Assembly (NCBI GenBank): GCA_944380295.1
Contig: CALWHE010000001.1
Span: 1,172 to 65,171 of the forward strand
Direction: 5' to 3'
DNA from: an uncultured Christensenellaceae bacterium
GTDB lineage: Bacteria; Bacillota; Clostridia; Christensenellales; UBA3700
DNA length: 64,000 nucleotides
The position numbers and the translations under genes were made by a program. A model generated the notes under the pieces. The model ran no database searches. It worked only from the letters and a program-made list of their open reading frames with translations, and had not been told where the DNA came from. Each line of letters opens with the position of its first letter. The stretch's first letter is position 1. Shown in pieces: positions 9,094 through 17,515 of the stretch.

Positions 9094-9957
9094 ATGAAAG
9101 ATGTGATGACACGCGCGCTGCTCTTTGACGGGGCGGCGAGCATAACCGTTTGGAACATAACGCAGGCGGCGCAGCAGGGCGCGCGGCTGCACGGCATGAG
9201 TGACGACGCGGCGGAAGTTTACGGCAAACTTCTCTCCGTCACCGCCTATATGAGCGCCGGTTTGAAGGCGGATACGGACAAGCTCACCGTCATCATGGAA
9301 GGGGACGGCAAGCTGGGCAGGGCGGTGGCTTGCGGCGCGGCGGGCGCCAAAGTGCGCGGCTATGTGTCTGAACCTCTGGCGCGTCTGCGCGCGGGCGAAA
9401 CGCAGGCGGCAATGCTGGGCAGCGGCTTTATCAGCGTGATAAAGGACTTGGGCTTGCAGCAGCCTTACCGCGGCTGGGGAGAGATAGTCAAAGGCGACGT
9501 GACGGGCGATTTTGCCGGTTACTTCATGCTCTCGGAGCAAACGCCCACCGCGCTTTCACTGGCGTGCCGCTTTCAAAACGGCAGGTGCGCGGTGTGCGGC
9601 GGCGCGGCGGCGGCGCCTCTGCCCGGCTGCAAAGAAGAGCATCTGGTGGTGCTTGAAGACATCATGCGCAACTTCACCGATGCGGAAGCGGCGCTGGCGG
9701 GAGCGGAGCCGCGCGAGCTGATAGAAGAGCACTTCGGGCATTTTGCGCCCGCTTATCTGCCGGACGTATATCCCGCTTACGAATGCACTTGCAGCCGCGC
9801 GCGCAGTGCGGGCATGATCCGCGCGCTGGGCGCCAAGGAAGCGCGTTCCGTCCTTGCCGAAAACGGTCGAATAGAGGTAAAATGCGAGTTTTGCGGCAAA
9901 AAATACGTATTTAATGCACAAGATATCGATAAACTGTTTGCAGAGGAAAATAAATGA
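9094..9957 (+). CDS. hslO: Hsp33-family redox-regulated chaperone
   Basis: 287 aa. C-terminal zinc centre CTCS...CEFCGKKY (CXC...CXXC) is characteristic of Hsp33. Confidence 0.85.
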   Translation: MKDVMTRALLFDGAASITVWNITQAAQQGARLHGMSDDAAEVYGKLLSVTAYMSAGLKADTDKLTVIMEGDGKLGRAVACGAAGAKVRGYVSEPLARLRAGETQAAMLGSGFISVIKDLGLQQPYRGWGEIVKGDVTGDFAGYFMLSEQTPTALSLACRFQNGRCAVCGGAAAAPLPGCKEEHLVVLEDIMRNFTDAEAALAGAEPRELIEEHFGHFAPAYLPDVYPAYECTCSRARSAGMIRALGAKEARSVLAENGRIEVKCEFCGKKYVFNAQDIDKLFAEENK

Positions 9958-11675
9958 TAGAAATACCGCGCAGCTGCCTTTATTATCTGGAAGCCTGCCG
10001 TGAGGCGGAGCTGAAAGAAGATCATCCCACCGCCTTGCGCATGCTGGGGCTGGCGCTGCATTATGCGGATAATTCCGACGACGAGTTCGAGTGCATGGCG
10101 GAAAAGCTGCGCATTTTCGATCTGTTGGGCGCGGACGTGCCCGCCGTGTGCTACGAATCCATCGCGCGGCGCGCGGACGGGGACGACATGTATATGGCGC
10201 TTTTCAACAACGCCGTGGTGCATAAAAACGCGGAACAGGCGGCTTATTATCTCGACATTTTGGAATCGGATGACGAAGTTCCGCTCATCACCGCCGTGGA
10301 GCACGGCAAAGCGAAAGAGGACGAAGGCTTGGCGCGCGTGAACAAGCTGATAGCGGGGCTGGAACGCGAATACCGCATGTCGGACATCGGCTTTGCCGAC
10401 GCGGAAGAGGAATACGTGGGCAAGGTTTTGGAAAAAGCCGTATCCCTGCTCATCGCCTCGCACGGCAAGGAGATGAGCGGCGTGGAAGAGGCGCTGCAAC
10501 TGCGCACAGACAGCCCCAAACTGAAAGAGAAGATCAACGAAGTGCTGGCGCAATGCGCGGAGATAGCGGCGGACAGGGCGGATACGCGCGGCATATACGA
10601 GCGGCTTTTGCCCCGCGCCTCTTCCCAGCTCACCGTGATGTGCGCGGGGTGCATGTCGCAGGCGGTGCGGGAAGACGAACGGTTGCTGAGCGCATATGAA
10701 GAGGCGCTCTGCGCCGCGGTGGAGGGCAAACAGCTCACCGCGCGCCAGAAGTGCATTGCCGGCTTCACCTTTTTGGAGCGCGGCAGGGCGCAAAAGGCGC
10801 TGGACATACTGGAAGGGTGCGACGTGTCCCTGGCGGACATCTTTGCGCGCCGCGTTTATATCGCCGCGCTCTTTGCGCTGGGCGAGGAGGAAAAGCGCGC
10901 GCTCGACATGTTGGAAGACACCCTGCTTTTGGAAGAATACGAAGACAGGCTGGTTTGGGAGTTTTATCACCACGCGGGCAGGGAAGCGTGCCTGAAATTC
11001 GGCGACAACATATATTCGTCCGTGCCGCGCGCGGCAATGGAAGAGGCGGAGTCGCTCACGGGCGCGGAGCTTAAAGCTCTGGTGAGCAGCCCTTACGGCA
11101 GATATTTGGCGGAGAGCGTGGCGCACATGTCGCCCCCGGGCTTTTTGCAGCGCGACGTATACAGGCACATTTTTTGCATTTACACCGATTTTCACCCGCG
11201 CGCGGCGCTCAAACTGCTCTACGACCACGAGGTAGATCTGACGGTGAAACGCGCCGTTCTGCACCGCTTTTTATATTGCAACGACGTGTATGAAGTGAAA
11301 AAGGCGGTGTTCATGACCTCGCCCGACCGCAACATCACCGTGGAAGACGAGGGCTACGTTTACCGCAACGACGTCATCTTTGACGAAGAATTCGACGAGT
11401 GGCCCGACCGCGTGCGCGCCGCCGCCTGTTCCGCGGCGGTGGACTGCTGTTTTTATAACAATTATCGGGAAGGGGAGATCTTTGCCGCGATCAAACAGGT
11501 CTATGAAAAAACGCGCCATATGCGCGGCGTGGTCACTTTCAACACCGTTTACCGCGCCGTTGTGCTCACGCTTAATCCCGATATAAGAGATTTTCTCTGC
11601 ATCACCGGCATGGAGCGCTCGGAAATGCGCAAGATAGAGGCGGTGGCGAAAAAATTCGGGATAGAGATCAAGTGA
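9954..11675 (+). CDS. hypothetical protein, 573 aa, no recognisable family
   Basis: ATG overlaps the hslO stop (ATGA). Codon usage looks like neighbouring genes. Composition appears predominantly helical and Leu/Ala/Glu-rich. Confidence 0.6.
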   Translation: MIEIPRSCLYYLEACREAELKEDHPTALRMLGLALHYADNSDDEFECMAEKLRIFDLLGADVPAVCYESIARRADGDDMYMALFNNAVVHKNAEQAAYYLDILESDDEVPLITAVEHGKAKEDEGLARVNKLIAGLEREYRMSDIGFADAEEEYVGKVLEKAVSLLIASHGKEMSGVEEALQLRTDSPKLKEKINEVLAQCAEIAADRADTRGIYERLLPRASSQLTVMCAGCMSQAVREDERLLSAYEEALCAAVEGKQLTARQKCIAGFTFLERGRAQKALDILEGCDVSLADIFARRVYIAALFALGEEEKRALDMLEDTLLLEEYEDRLVWEFYHHAGREACLKFGDNIYSSVPRAAMEEAESLTGAELKALVSSPYGRYLAESVAHMSPPGFLQRDVYRHIFCIYTDFHPRAALKLLYDHEVDLTVKRAVLHRFLYCNDVYEVKKAVFMTSPDRNITVEDEGYVYRNDVIFDEEFDEWPDRVRAAACSAAVDCCFYNNYREGEIFAAIKQVYEKTRHMRGVVTFNTVYRAVVLTLNPDIRDFLCITGMERSEMRKIEAVAKKFGIEIK

Positions 11676-11676
11676 T

Positions 11677-11866
11677 GTCCTGCGCAAGGGCGCAATGAGC
11701 GATAAGCGAAGAAATGCGCCCTTGCTTCGGACGTGAAATTTTTGCGCAGATATAAGTGAGCGGTAAGCGAACATATCTTCTGCGCAAAAGTGAAATGTTT
11801 TTGCTTTATGAAGCAAAAACGTGAAATGTGCCCTCAAACCGCAAGCGACGAGAGGGCACGTGAAAT
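11677..11866 (-). repeat. core unit C1 (ATTTCAC dialect)
   Basis: GTGAAAT at 11733, 11790, 11821 and 11860 on the plus strand. h4-h3-h2-h1 in reverse. Confidence 0.9.
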
Positions 11867-12305
11867 GCACGACGATACAGCTCCGCGCTCGTCGTGCGTG
11901 GCGGCTGGGAGCGCGGGGCGCTCCATCCCTAATCAAGCCTTGAAGTAACTTGTTCGTCTATCCGGCTAATCTCTTCACAATGCTTACACAGCAAAATATA
12001 ATAAAGCGCGGGCAGCGTGACGCTGCACCCTTTATATGCTTCGCAGTAACGGAACCGTCGGTTATCGAGGCTCTTCGAACTAATATTTGTTGGGTATATA
12101 ACGATACTAACGGCATGACCATTCACACAATTATGCATTTGGAAATAAGGGTGCAGCGTCACGCTGCCCTGGCAGGCGCTGTTAAGGGTGCGCGGCTGTA
12201 TCGACTTTCTGTCGCTCTTACTATGTTTATAACATTTAATTTGATGTGCCCACAGCACCGCAACGTCCGCGATGCGCCGTGCTATGCACGGCAGTATGAG
12301 CGGGC

Positions 12306-12496
12306 ATTTCACGTGCTCTTTCGTCGCGGAGCGGTTTAAGAGCACATTTCACGTTTTTGCTTTGTAAAGCAAAAACATTTCACTTTTGCGCGGAAGTAAT
12401 GTTCGCTAGCCGCTCACATATATCCGCGCAAAAATTTCACATCCGGAGCAAGGGCGCATTTCTTCGCTTATCGCTCATTGCGCCCTTGCGCAGGAC
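12306..12496 (+). repeat. core unit C2 (ATTTCAC dialect)
   Basis: Four ATTTCAC linkers. h1 allele GTGCTCTT/AAGAGCAC. Confidence 0.9.
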
Positions 12497-12520
12497 ATAA
12501 AGGGGTGCAGCGTCACGCTG

Positions 12521-12608
12521 CCCGGGCAGGCGCTGTTAAGGGTGCGCGGGAGAGTGATGGATTTGCGTGCAGGTTTGGACGGCGGGGGCGCAGGCAATAC
12601 TCTTGCGG
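12521..12608 (+). repeat. module LH, 5' half only (tandem partial duplicate)
   Basis: Near-identical to 12643-12730. Confidence 0.85.
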
Positions 12609-12642
12609 CTCATAATGATATGCTGTTTCGATAACTATTAAT

Positions 12643-12807
12643 GCCGGGCAGGCGCTATTAAGGGTGCGCGGGAGAGTGATGGATTTGCGTGCAGGTTTGG
12701 ACGGCAGGGGCGCAGGCAATACTCTTGCGGTATTGTCAAGCCCCCGCCGTTCAAAGATGTGCGTAAAGACGCACTCTCCCGCGTGCCCTTGATAGCGCCT
12801 GCCCGGC
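12643..12807 (+). repeat. module LH (165-nt long hairpin, 36-bp basal stem)
   Basis: GCCGGGCAGGCGCTATTAAGGGTGCGCGGGAGAGTG pairs with CACTCTCCCGCGTGCCCTTGATAGCGCCTGCCCGGC. All three non-Watson-Crick positions are T:G or G:T. Confidence 0.85.
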
Positions 12808-12833
12808 AAAAGAAAAAAACTTTTTCATTTCTC

Positions 12834-12863
12834 TTGACATTCGCTTTTATCTTATAGTATACT
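12834..12863 (+). promoter_or_regulatory. candidate promoter of infC-rpmI-rplT
   Basis: TTGACA, 18 nt, TATACT. Confidence 0.5.
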
Positions 12864-12998
12864 GTGCAAGACAGCAAAGCAGAAGCACTTTCTCACCTGC
12901 CGCGCGGGGCGCAGGCACGGTCAATAAAAAGCCATATCGGCGGTGAAAGTATTGTCTGCTTTTGCCGCCTATTTTATTACCTGAGGGAGGGACTACCT

Positions 12999-13517
12999 AT
13001 CAAAGAGCTTGCTATTAACGGACAGATCCGTGCGCGTGAAGTGCGTCTTTTGGACAAAGACGGAAGCCAGCTGGGCATCATGTCTTCGTTGGAGGCGCTG
13101 AGGAGGGCGGAAGAACAAAATTTGGATCTGGTGCTCATATCGCCCGTTGCCAATCCGCCGGTGTGTAAGATCATGGATTACGGAAAATACAAATACGAAA
13201 CCATGAAAAAGGAAAAGGAGAACAAGCGCAACCAAAAGGTAGTGGAAGTCAAGGAAGTGTGGCTGTCTGTGGTCATCGACGTGGGCGATCTGAACACAAA
13301 GGCGCGCCAGGCGGGCAAATTCCTTGAAAGCGGCAATAAGGTCAAGGTATCCATCCGCCTCAAAGGCAGGCAGCAGGCACGCCCGGAGATGGCGGTGAAG
13401 GTGCTGAACGATTTTTATGAGATGGAACAGATAAAAGAAGTGGCGCAAATGGACAAACCGCCCGTTGCAGAGGGCAGGAACGTGACCATGATGCTGCTTC
13501 CGATAAATAAAAAATAA
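12999..13517 (+). CDS. infC: translation initiation factor IF-3, probable non-AUG (AUC) start
   Basis: [22 protein letters not shown] matches the conserved IF-3 N-terminus. SD GAGGGAGGG lies 7 nt upstream of ATC 12999. No in-frame ATG/GTG/TTG sits near the SD. Confidence 0.85.
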   Translation: MKELAINGQIRAREVRLLDKDGSQLGIMSSLEALRRAEEQNLDLVLISPVANPPVCKIMDYGKYKYETMKKEKENKRNQKVVEVKEVWLSVVIDVGDLNTKARQAGKFLESGNKVKVSIRLKGRQQARPEMAVKVLNDFYEMEQIKEVAQMDKPPVAEGRNVTMMLLPINKK

Positions 13518-13537
13518 CTGCAAAGGAGTATAGAGTA

Positions 13538-13729
13538 ATGCCTAAACAGAAATCTCACAGCGGCGCCAAAAAGCGTTTTACGCTCACCGGCGGCGGCAAG
13601 TTGAAAAGAGCAAAGATGAACAGGCGCCACATTCTCACCAAAAAGGCGTCCAAGAGAAAGCGCGGTTTGCGCAAGACCGCCTACGTTTCCGTAACGCAGG
13701 AAAAGACCATTAAGAACATGATAGGATAA
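13538..13729 (+). CDS. rpmI: 50S ribosomal protein L35
   Basis: 63 aa, [14 protein letters not shown]... Classic L35. SD AAAGGAG. Confidence 0.9.
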   Translation: MPKQKSHSGAKKRFTLTGGGKLKRAKMNRRHILTKKASKRKRGLRKTAYVSVTQEKTIKNMIG

Positions 13730-13742
13730 CAGGAGGCGCCAT

Positions 13743-14096
13743 ATGAGGATCAAAAGAGGTGTAAACGCAGTTAAAAAGCGCAGAAAGATATTAAAGCAAG
13801 CCAAGGGTTACCGCGGAGCCAAGTCCAAACTTTACAGGATAGCGCGCCAGGCGGTGATGAAGTCGGGCAATTACGCCTATGTGGGGCGCAAGCTGAAAAA
13901 GCGCGATTTCCGCAGCTTGTGGATAGCGCGTATCAACGCGGCGGCGAGAGCCAACGGACTTTCTTACAGCAAGTTCATGTTCGGACTGAAACAGGCGGGC
14001 ATCATGCTCAACCGCAAGGTGCTGGCGGACATGGCGGTGAACGACGCAAACGCTTTCACCGCGCTGTGCGAACAGGCAAAAGCCAAGCTGGCTTAA
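13743..14096 (+). CDS. rplT: 50S ribosomal protein L20
   Basis: 117 aa, [26 protein letters not shown]... Classic L20. Confidence 0.92.
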   Translation: MRIKRGVNAVKKRRKILKQAKGYRGAKSKLYRIARQAVMKSGNYAYVGRKLKKRDFRSLWIARINAAARANGLSYSKFMFGLKQAGIMLNRKVLADMAVNDANAFTALCEQAKAKLA

Positions 14097-14106
14097 CGCA
14101 AAACAC

Positions 14107-14132
14107 GGGGGCTGCGCGGCAGCCCCTTTTTT
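14107..14132 (+). terminator. rho-independent terminator after rplT
   Basis: GGGGCTGC-GCG-GCAGCCCC followed by T6. Confidence 0.8.
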
Positions 14133-14139
14133 GTTTGGA

Positions 14140-14898
14140 ATGGAACAATACATCACTTCGTCCGCGGGCGCGGGCGTGAAACGCGTAAAAAGGCTGATGG
14201 CGGAGCGGGCTTTCCGCAGGCAGGAAAACGCCGTGACGGCGGAAGGGGAGCGCCTCATCGCCGATCTTCCCGAGGACGTGGAGATAAGCGTTCTCTATAT
14301 CGACGCGGAGAAAAAAGAAAAGTATGCCCGCCTGGCGCAGAGGGCGAAGCAGGTGATATACTGCACGTCCAACGTCATGCGCGCGCTCAGCGATACCGCC
14401 ACGCCCTGCGGCGTGCTTGCCGTGACGGACATGCCGCACAAAAAGTTCAAAGAGGGCGCGCTGGTGATCGCCGACGGCGTGAGCGATCCGGGCAATCTGG
14501 GCGCCGTGATCAGAACGGCGGCGGCGTGCGGCGCGGGCGGCGTGCTTGCCGTGGAGGGGTGCGACGTGTTCTCTCCCAAGGTGGTGCGCGCTTCCATGGG
14601 CGGCGTTTTCCGCGTGCCGCTCATGCAGATAGGGCGGGAAGAATTGGGAGAATATACGCGCGGATATAAGGTATTCGCGCTTGATATGCACGGCGAAAAC
14701 GTGTATAATATGAAAAAAGAGGATTTTTCGGGGCGTTTTGCCCTTGCCGTGGGCGGCGAGGCTTTCGGGCTGTCCGCGCAGGTGAGGGAAGCGGCGGAGA
14801 GGATAATATCCCTGCCCATGAGCGGCGATATGGAATCGCTCAATGCGGCGGTGAGCCTGTCCGTGGCGCTTTACACGGTGCTTTACGCCCTCAAATAA
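14140..14898 (+). CDS. TrmH/SpoU-family RNA 2'-O-methyltransferase
   Basis: Start placed at ATG 14140, after the terminator. SpoU motifs DGVSDPGNLGAVIRTA and ISLPMSGDMESLNAAVS. Confidence 0.8.
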   Translation: MEQYITSSAGAGVKRVKRLMAERAFRRQENAVTAEGERLIADLPEDVEISVLYIDAEKKEKYARLAQRAKQVIYCTSNVMRALSDTATPCGVLAVTDMPHKKFKEGALVIADGVSDPGNLGAVIRTAAACGAGGVLAVEGCDVFSPKVVRASMGGVFRVPLMQIGREELGEYTRGYKVFALDMHGENVYNMKKEDFSGRFALAVGGEAFGLSAQVREAAERIISLPMSGDMESLNAAVSLSVALYTVLYALK

Positions 14899-14921
14899 AA
14901 TAATTTTCGGAGGAAACAGAC

Positions 14922-15665
14922 ATGTCCGGACACAGCAAATGGGCGAACATCAAAAATAAAAAGGGCGCCGCAGACGCCAAGCGCGGCGCGGTCTTTACCA
15001 AGATAGGCAGAGAGATAGCCGTGGCGGTCAAGGCGGGCGGACCCGATCCCGCGTCCAACTCCAAACTGCGCGACGCCATCGCCAAAGCCAAGGCTGCCAA
15101 CATGCCCGGCGATAACATCGAGCGCAGCATAAAAAAAGCCAGCGGCGAACTCACCGCGGTCAACTATGAAGAAAACGTCTATGAAGGTTACGCGCAGGAA
15201 GGCGTGGCGGTCATCGTGGAAACGCTGACGGATAACACCAACCGCACTTCCGCGGACATCCGCCACATTTTCAGCAAATGCGGCGGCTCTTTGGGCACCA
15301 CGGGCTGCGTGTCTTATATGTTCGACAAAAAAGGTCTGATAGTGGTGGACGGCAGCGGCGAAGATGAAGACGCGCTGATGATGGAAGCCCTGGAAGCGGG
15401 CGCTGACGACGTGGTGGCGCAAGACGGTTATTTTGAGATATACACCTCACCCGGCGATTTTTCCGCCGTGCGCGAGGCGATAGAGGCGAACAAGGATCAC
15501 GTCATTTTGGAAGCGGACGTGCAGATGATCCCTTCCAACACGGTCAAACCCTCTGCGGAAGCGGAAGGCAAGATCCGCCGCCTTTTGGACATGCTCGAAG
15601 ACAACGACGACGTGCAGAACGTCTATCACAACGCCGAACTTTCCGAAGAGGAAGAAGAGGAATAA
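14922..15665 (+). CDS. yebC: YebC/PmpR-family transcriptional regulator
   Basis: MSGHSKWANIKNKK N-terminus is diagnostic of the family. 247 aa. Confidence 0.9.
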   Translation: MSGHSKWANIKNKKGAADAKRGAVFTKIGREIAVAVKAGGPDPASNSKLRDAIAKAKAANMPGDNIERSIKKASGELTAVNYEENVYEGYAQEGVAVIVETLTDNTNRTSADIRHIFSKCGGSLGTTGCVSYMFDKKGLIVVDGSGEDEDALMMEALEAGADDVVAQDGYFEIYTSPGDFSAVREAIEANKDHVILEADVQMIPSNTVKPSAEAEGKIRRLLDMLEDNDDVQNVYHNAELSEEEEEE

Positions 15666-15696
15666 AAGCCGCGCTCTTATGCGGCGGAGGTGGGAT

Positions 15697-16959
15697 ATGA
15701 GCTTGACGGTGGAACAGGTTTGCAAAGCGGCGCATGAGGCGCAATACGCCTTGGCGGGCGCAAGCGCGCAGAGCAAAAACGCAATGTTGCGCGCCGTTGC
15801 CGCGGCGCTCAGAGCTGGAGAAAAACACCTGCTTGAAGTGAATAAAACAGACGTGGAGGCGGCAAAAGCCTCCGGCATGTCCTTTGCCATGGTAGACAGG
15901 CTCACCTTAACGCCGGAGCGCATCGCGCTGATGGCGGAAGGCGTGGAGCAGGTGGCGGAACTGCCCGATCCGGTGGGGCAGGTGACGCGCGAGTGGACGG
16001 TGCCTTCCGGCTTGCATATCAAAAAGGTGCGCGTGCCGCTGGGCGTTATCGGCGTTATTTACGAATCCCGTCCCAACGTCACCGCGGACGTGGCGGCGCT
16101 CTGCCTCAAATCGGGCAACTGCGTGGTGCTGCGCGGCGGCAAAGACGCCATCAATTCCAACCGCGCCATTCACGAACTCATCGTTGCCGCTTTGAAAGAG
16201 AGCGGTTTTTCGCCCGCCTGCGTCGGATTTATCGACGACGTGACGCGCGAGGGCAGCTTTGCGCTCTTAAAGCAGGGCAAGTATGTGGACGTGGTGATCC
16301 CGCGCGGCGGTGACGGACTTAAACATTTTGTGCTGGAAAACGCCGTCATGCCCGTCATTGCCAGCGCGGGCGGCGTGTGCCACCTGTTCGTGGAAAAGAG
16401 CGCGCGCCTGGACAAGTGCGTGGCGGTGATAGAAAACGCCAAAATGCAGCGCCCTTCCACCTGCAACGCGCTCGAACAGCTGCTGGTGCAAAAAGAAGTG
16501 GCGGAAAAATTCCTGCCCGTGTGCATAAAAAATCTCACGGATAAGGGCTGCCGCATCACAGCCTGCCCGCAAGCCAAAGCCATTTTGGACAAGGCGGGGG
16601 TGCCTTGCTCTGCGGCAGACGAGGCGGACTTCAAAAAAGAGCACCAGGATTACGAGCTGACCGTGCGCGTGGTCAAAGACACAAGCGAGGCGATAGAGAT
16701 AATAAACGCCAACAACACTTCCCACTCCGACGGCATTCTCTCCGAGGACAAGGCGGAGATAGCGCGCTTTGAAAAGGGCGTGGACGCGGCGTGCGTATAC
16801 GTCAACGCTTCCACCCGTTTCACGGACGGGTTCCAATTCGGATTCGGGGCGGAGATAGGCATCTCCACGCAAAAGCTGCACGCGCGCGGACCGCTGGGGC
16901 TGGAACAGCTCACCAGTGAAAAATATATCGCCCAAGGCGATTACCTCAGCAGAAAATAA
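15697..16959 (+). CDS. proA: glutamate-5-semialdehyde dehydrogenase
   Basis: Start moved to ATG 15697 behind GGAGGTGGG. Aldehyde dehydrogenase-type core with VIYESRPNV and NASTRFTDG motifs. Confidence 0.9.
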   Translation: MSLTVEQVCKAAHEAQYALAGASAQSKNAMLRAVAAALRAGEKHLLEVNKTDVEAAKASGMSFAMVDRLTLTPERIALMAEGVEQVAELPDPVGQVTREWTVPSGLHIKKVRVPLGVIGVIYESRPNVTADVAALCLKSGNCVVLRGGKDAINSNRAIHELIVAALKESGFSPACVGFIDDVTREGSFALLKQGKYVDVVIPRGGDGLKHFVLENAVMPVIASAGGVCHLFVEKSARLDKCVAVIENAKMQRPSTCNALEQLLVQKEVAEKFLPVCIKNLTDKGCRITACPQAKAILDKAGVPCSAADEADFKKEHQDYELTVRVVKDTSEAIEIINANNTSHSDGILSEDKAEIARFEKGVDAACVYVNASTRFTDGFQFGFGAEIGISTQKLHARGPLGLEQLTSEKYIAQGDYLSRK

Positions 16960-17450
16960 TGCGTATCTTAGGCATAGACCCCGGACTTGCCATTGTCGGT
17001 TACGGCGTGATAGACAGTGAAAAGGGCAAAAACAGCGTGGTGGATTACGGCGTGATCACCACGCCCAAAGAGGAAAAACTGCCCGCGCGCCTGCACCTCA
17101 TCTATGACGGTCTTTCCGCATTGATAGACAAATTCAAGCCCGACTGCATGGCGATAGAGGAGCTGTTTTTCACCAAAAACATCACCACGGGCATCGCCGT
17201 GGCGGAAGCGCGCGGCGTTATCCTGCTGTGCGCCACGCACAAGCTGGGGCACATCTTCGAGTATACGCCCAACCAGATCAAAGAAGCGCTCACCGGTTAC
17301 GGCAAAGCCACCAAAACGCAGATGCAGTTCATGGTCACCCGCCTTTTGGGACTTACCGCCGTGCCCAAGCCGGACGATGCCGCCGACGCTTTGGCGGTGG
17401 CGCTCACGCAGGCGCAGACGGGGAGGTTATCGGGCATTTTCCGAGTTTAA
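16959..17450 (+). CDS. ruvC: crossover junction endodeoxyribonuclease RuvC
   Basis: MRILGIDPGLAIVGYGVI plus the catalytic acidic residues. 163 aa. Confidence 0.9.
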   Translation: MRILGIDPGLAIVGYGVIDSEKGKNSVVDYGVITTPKEEKLPARLHLIYDGLSALIDKFKPDCMAIEELFFTKNITTGIAVAEARGVILLCATHKLGHIFEYTPNQIKEALTGYGKATKTQMQFMVTRLLGLTAVPKPDDAADALAVALTQAQTGRLSGIFRV

Positions 17451-17515
17451 GCGAAAAACAAAAGGGATAGGGCGGATATGGTTTTATGCCATATCTGCCC
17501 TTTTGTTTTTCGCTT
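17449..17515 (+). repeat. module T (66-nt hairpin starting in the ruvC stop codon)
   Basis: AAGCGAAAAACAAAAGGG...CCCTTTTGTTTTTCGCTT. Confidence 0.9.

Larger units (their letters stand above)
11676..12810. repeat. hairpin-mosaic island I1 (hypothetical gene to infC)
   Basis: Starts 1 nt after the TGA. Two inverted cores, small GC hairpins, a partial LH copy and a full LH copy. Confidence 0.9.

Noticed and set aside
11855-11870. ATTTCACGTG as a parS (TGTTTCACGTGAAACA) or Noc-binding-site relative.
   Set aside because: Only a half-site is present. The other half is replaced by the h1 stem, and the heptamers are direct rather than inverted repeats. No full 16-bp palindrome occurs anywhere in the window.
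11929-12345. ORFs inside the islands (11950-12339 plus, 11929-12345 minus, 17997-18410, 21562-22029, 25166-25393, 30802-31119, 51331-51840 and others) that share peptides such as FTCPLVACGLRAHFTFL.
   Set aside because: The shared peptides are simply translations of the repeated hairpin DNA. Frames are not conserved between copies, there are no SD sites, and stops appear in other copies.
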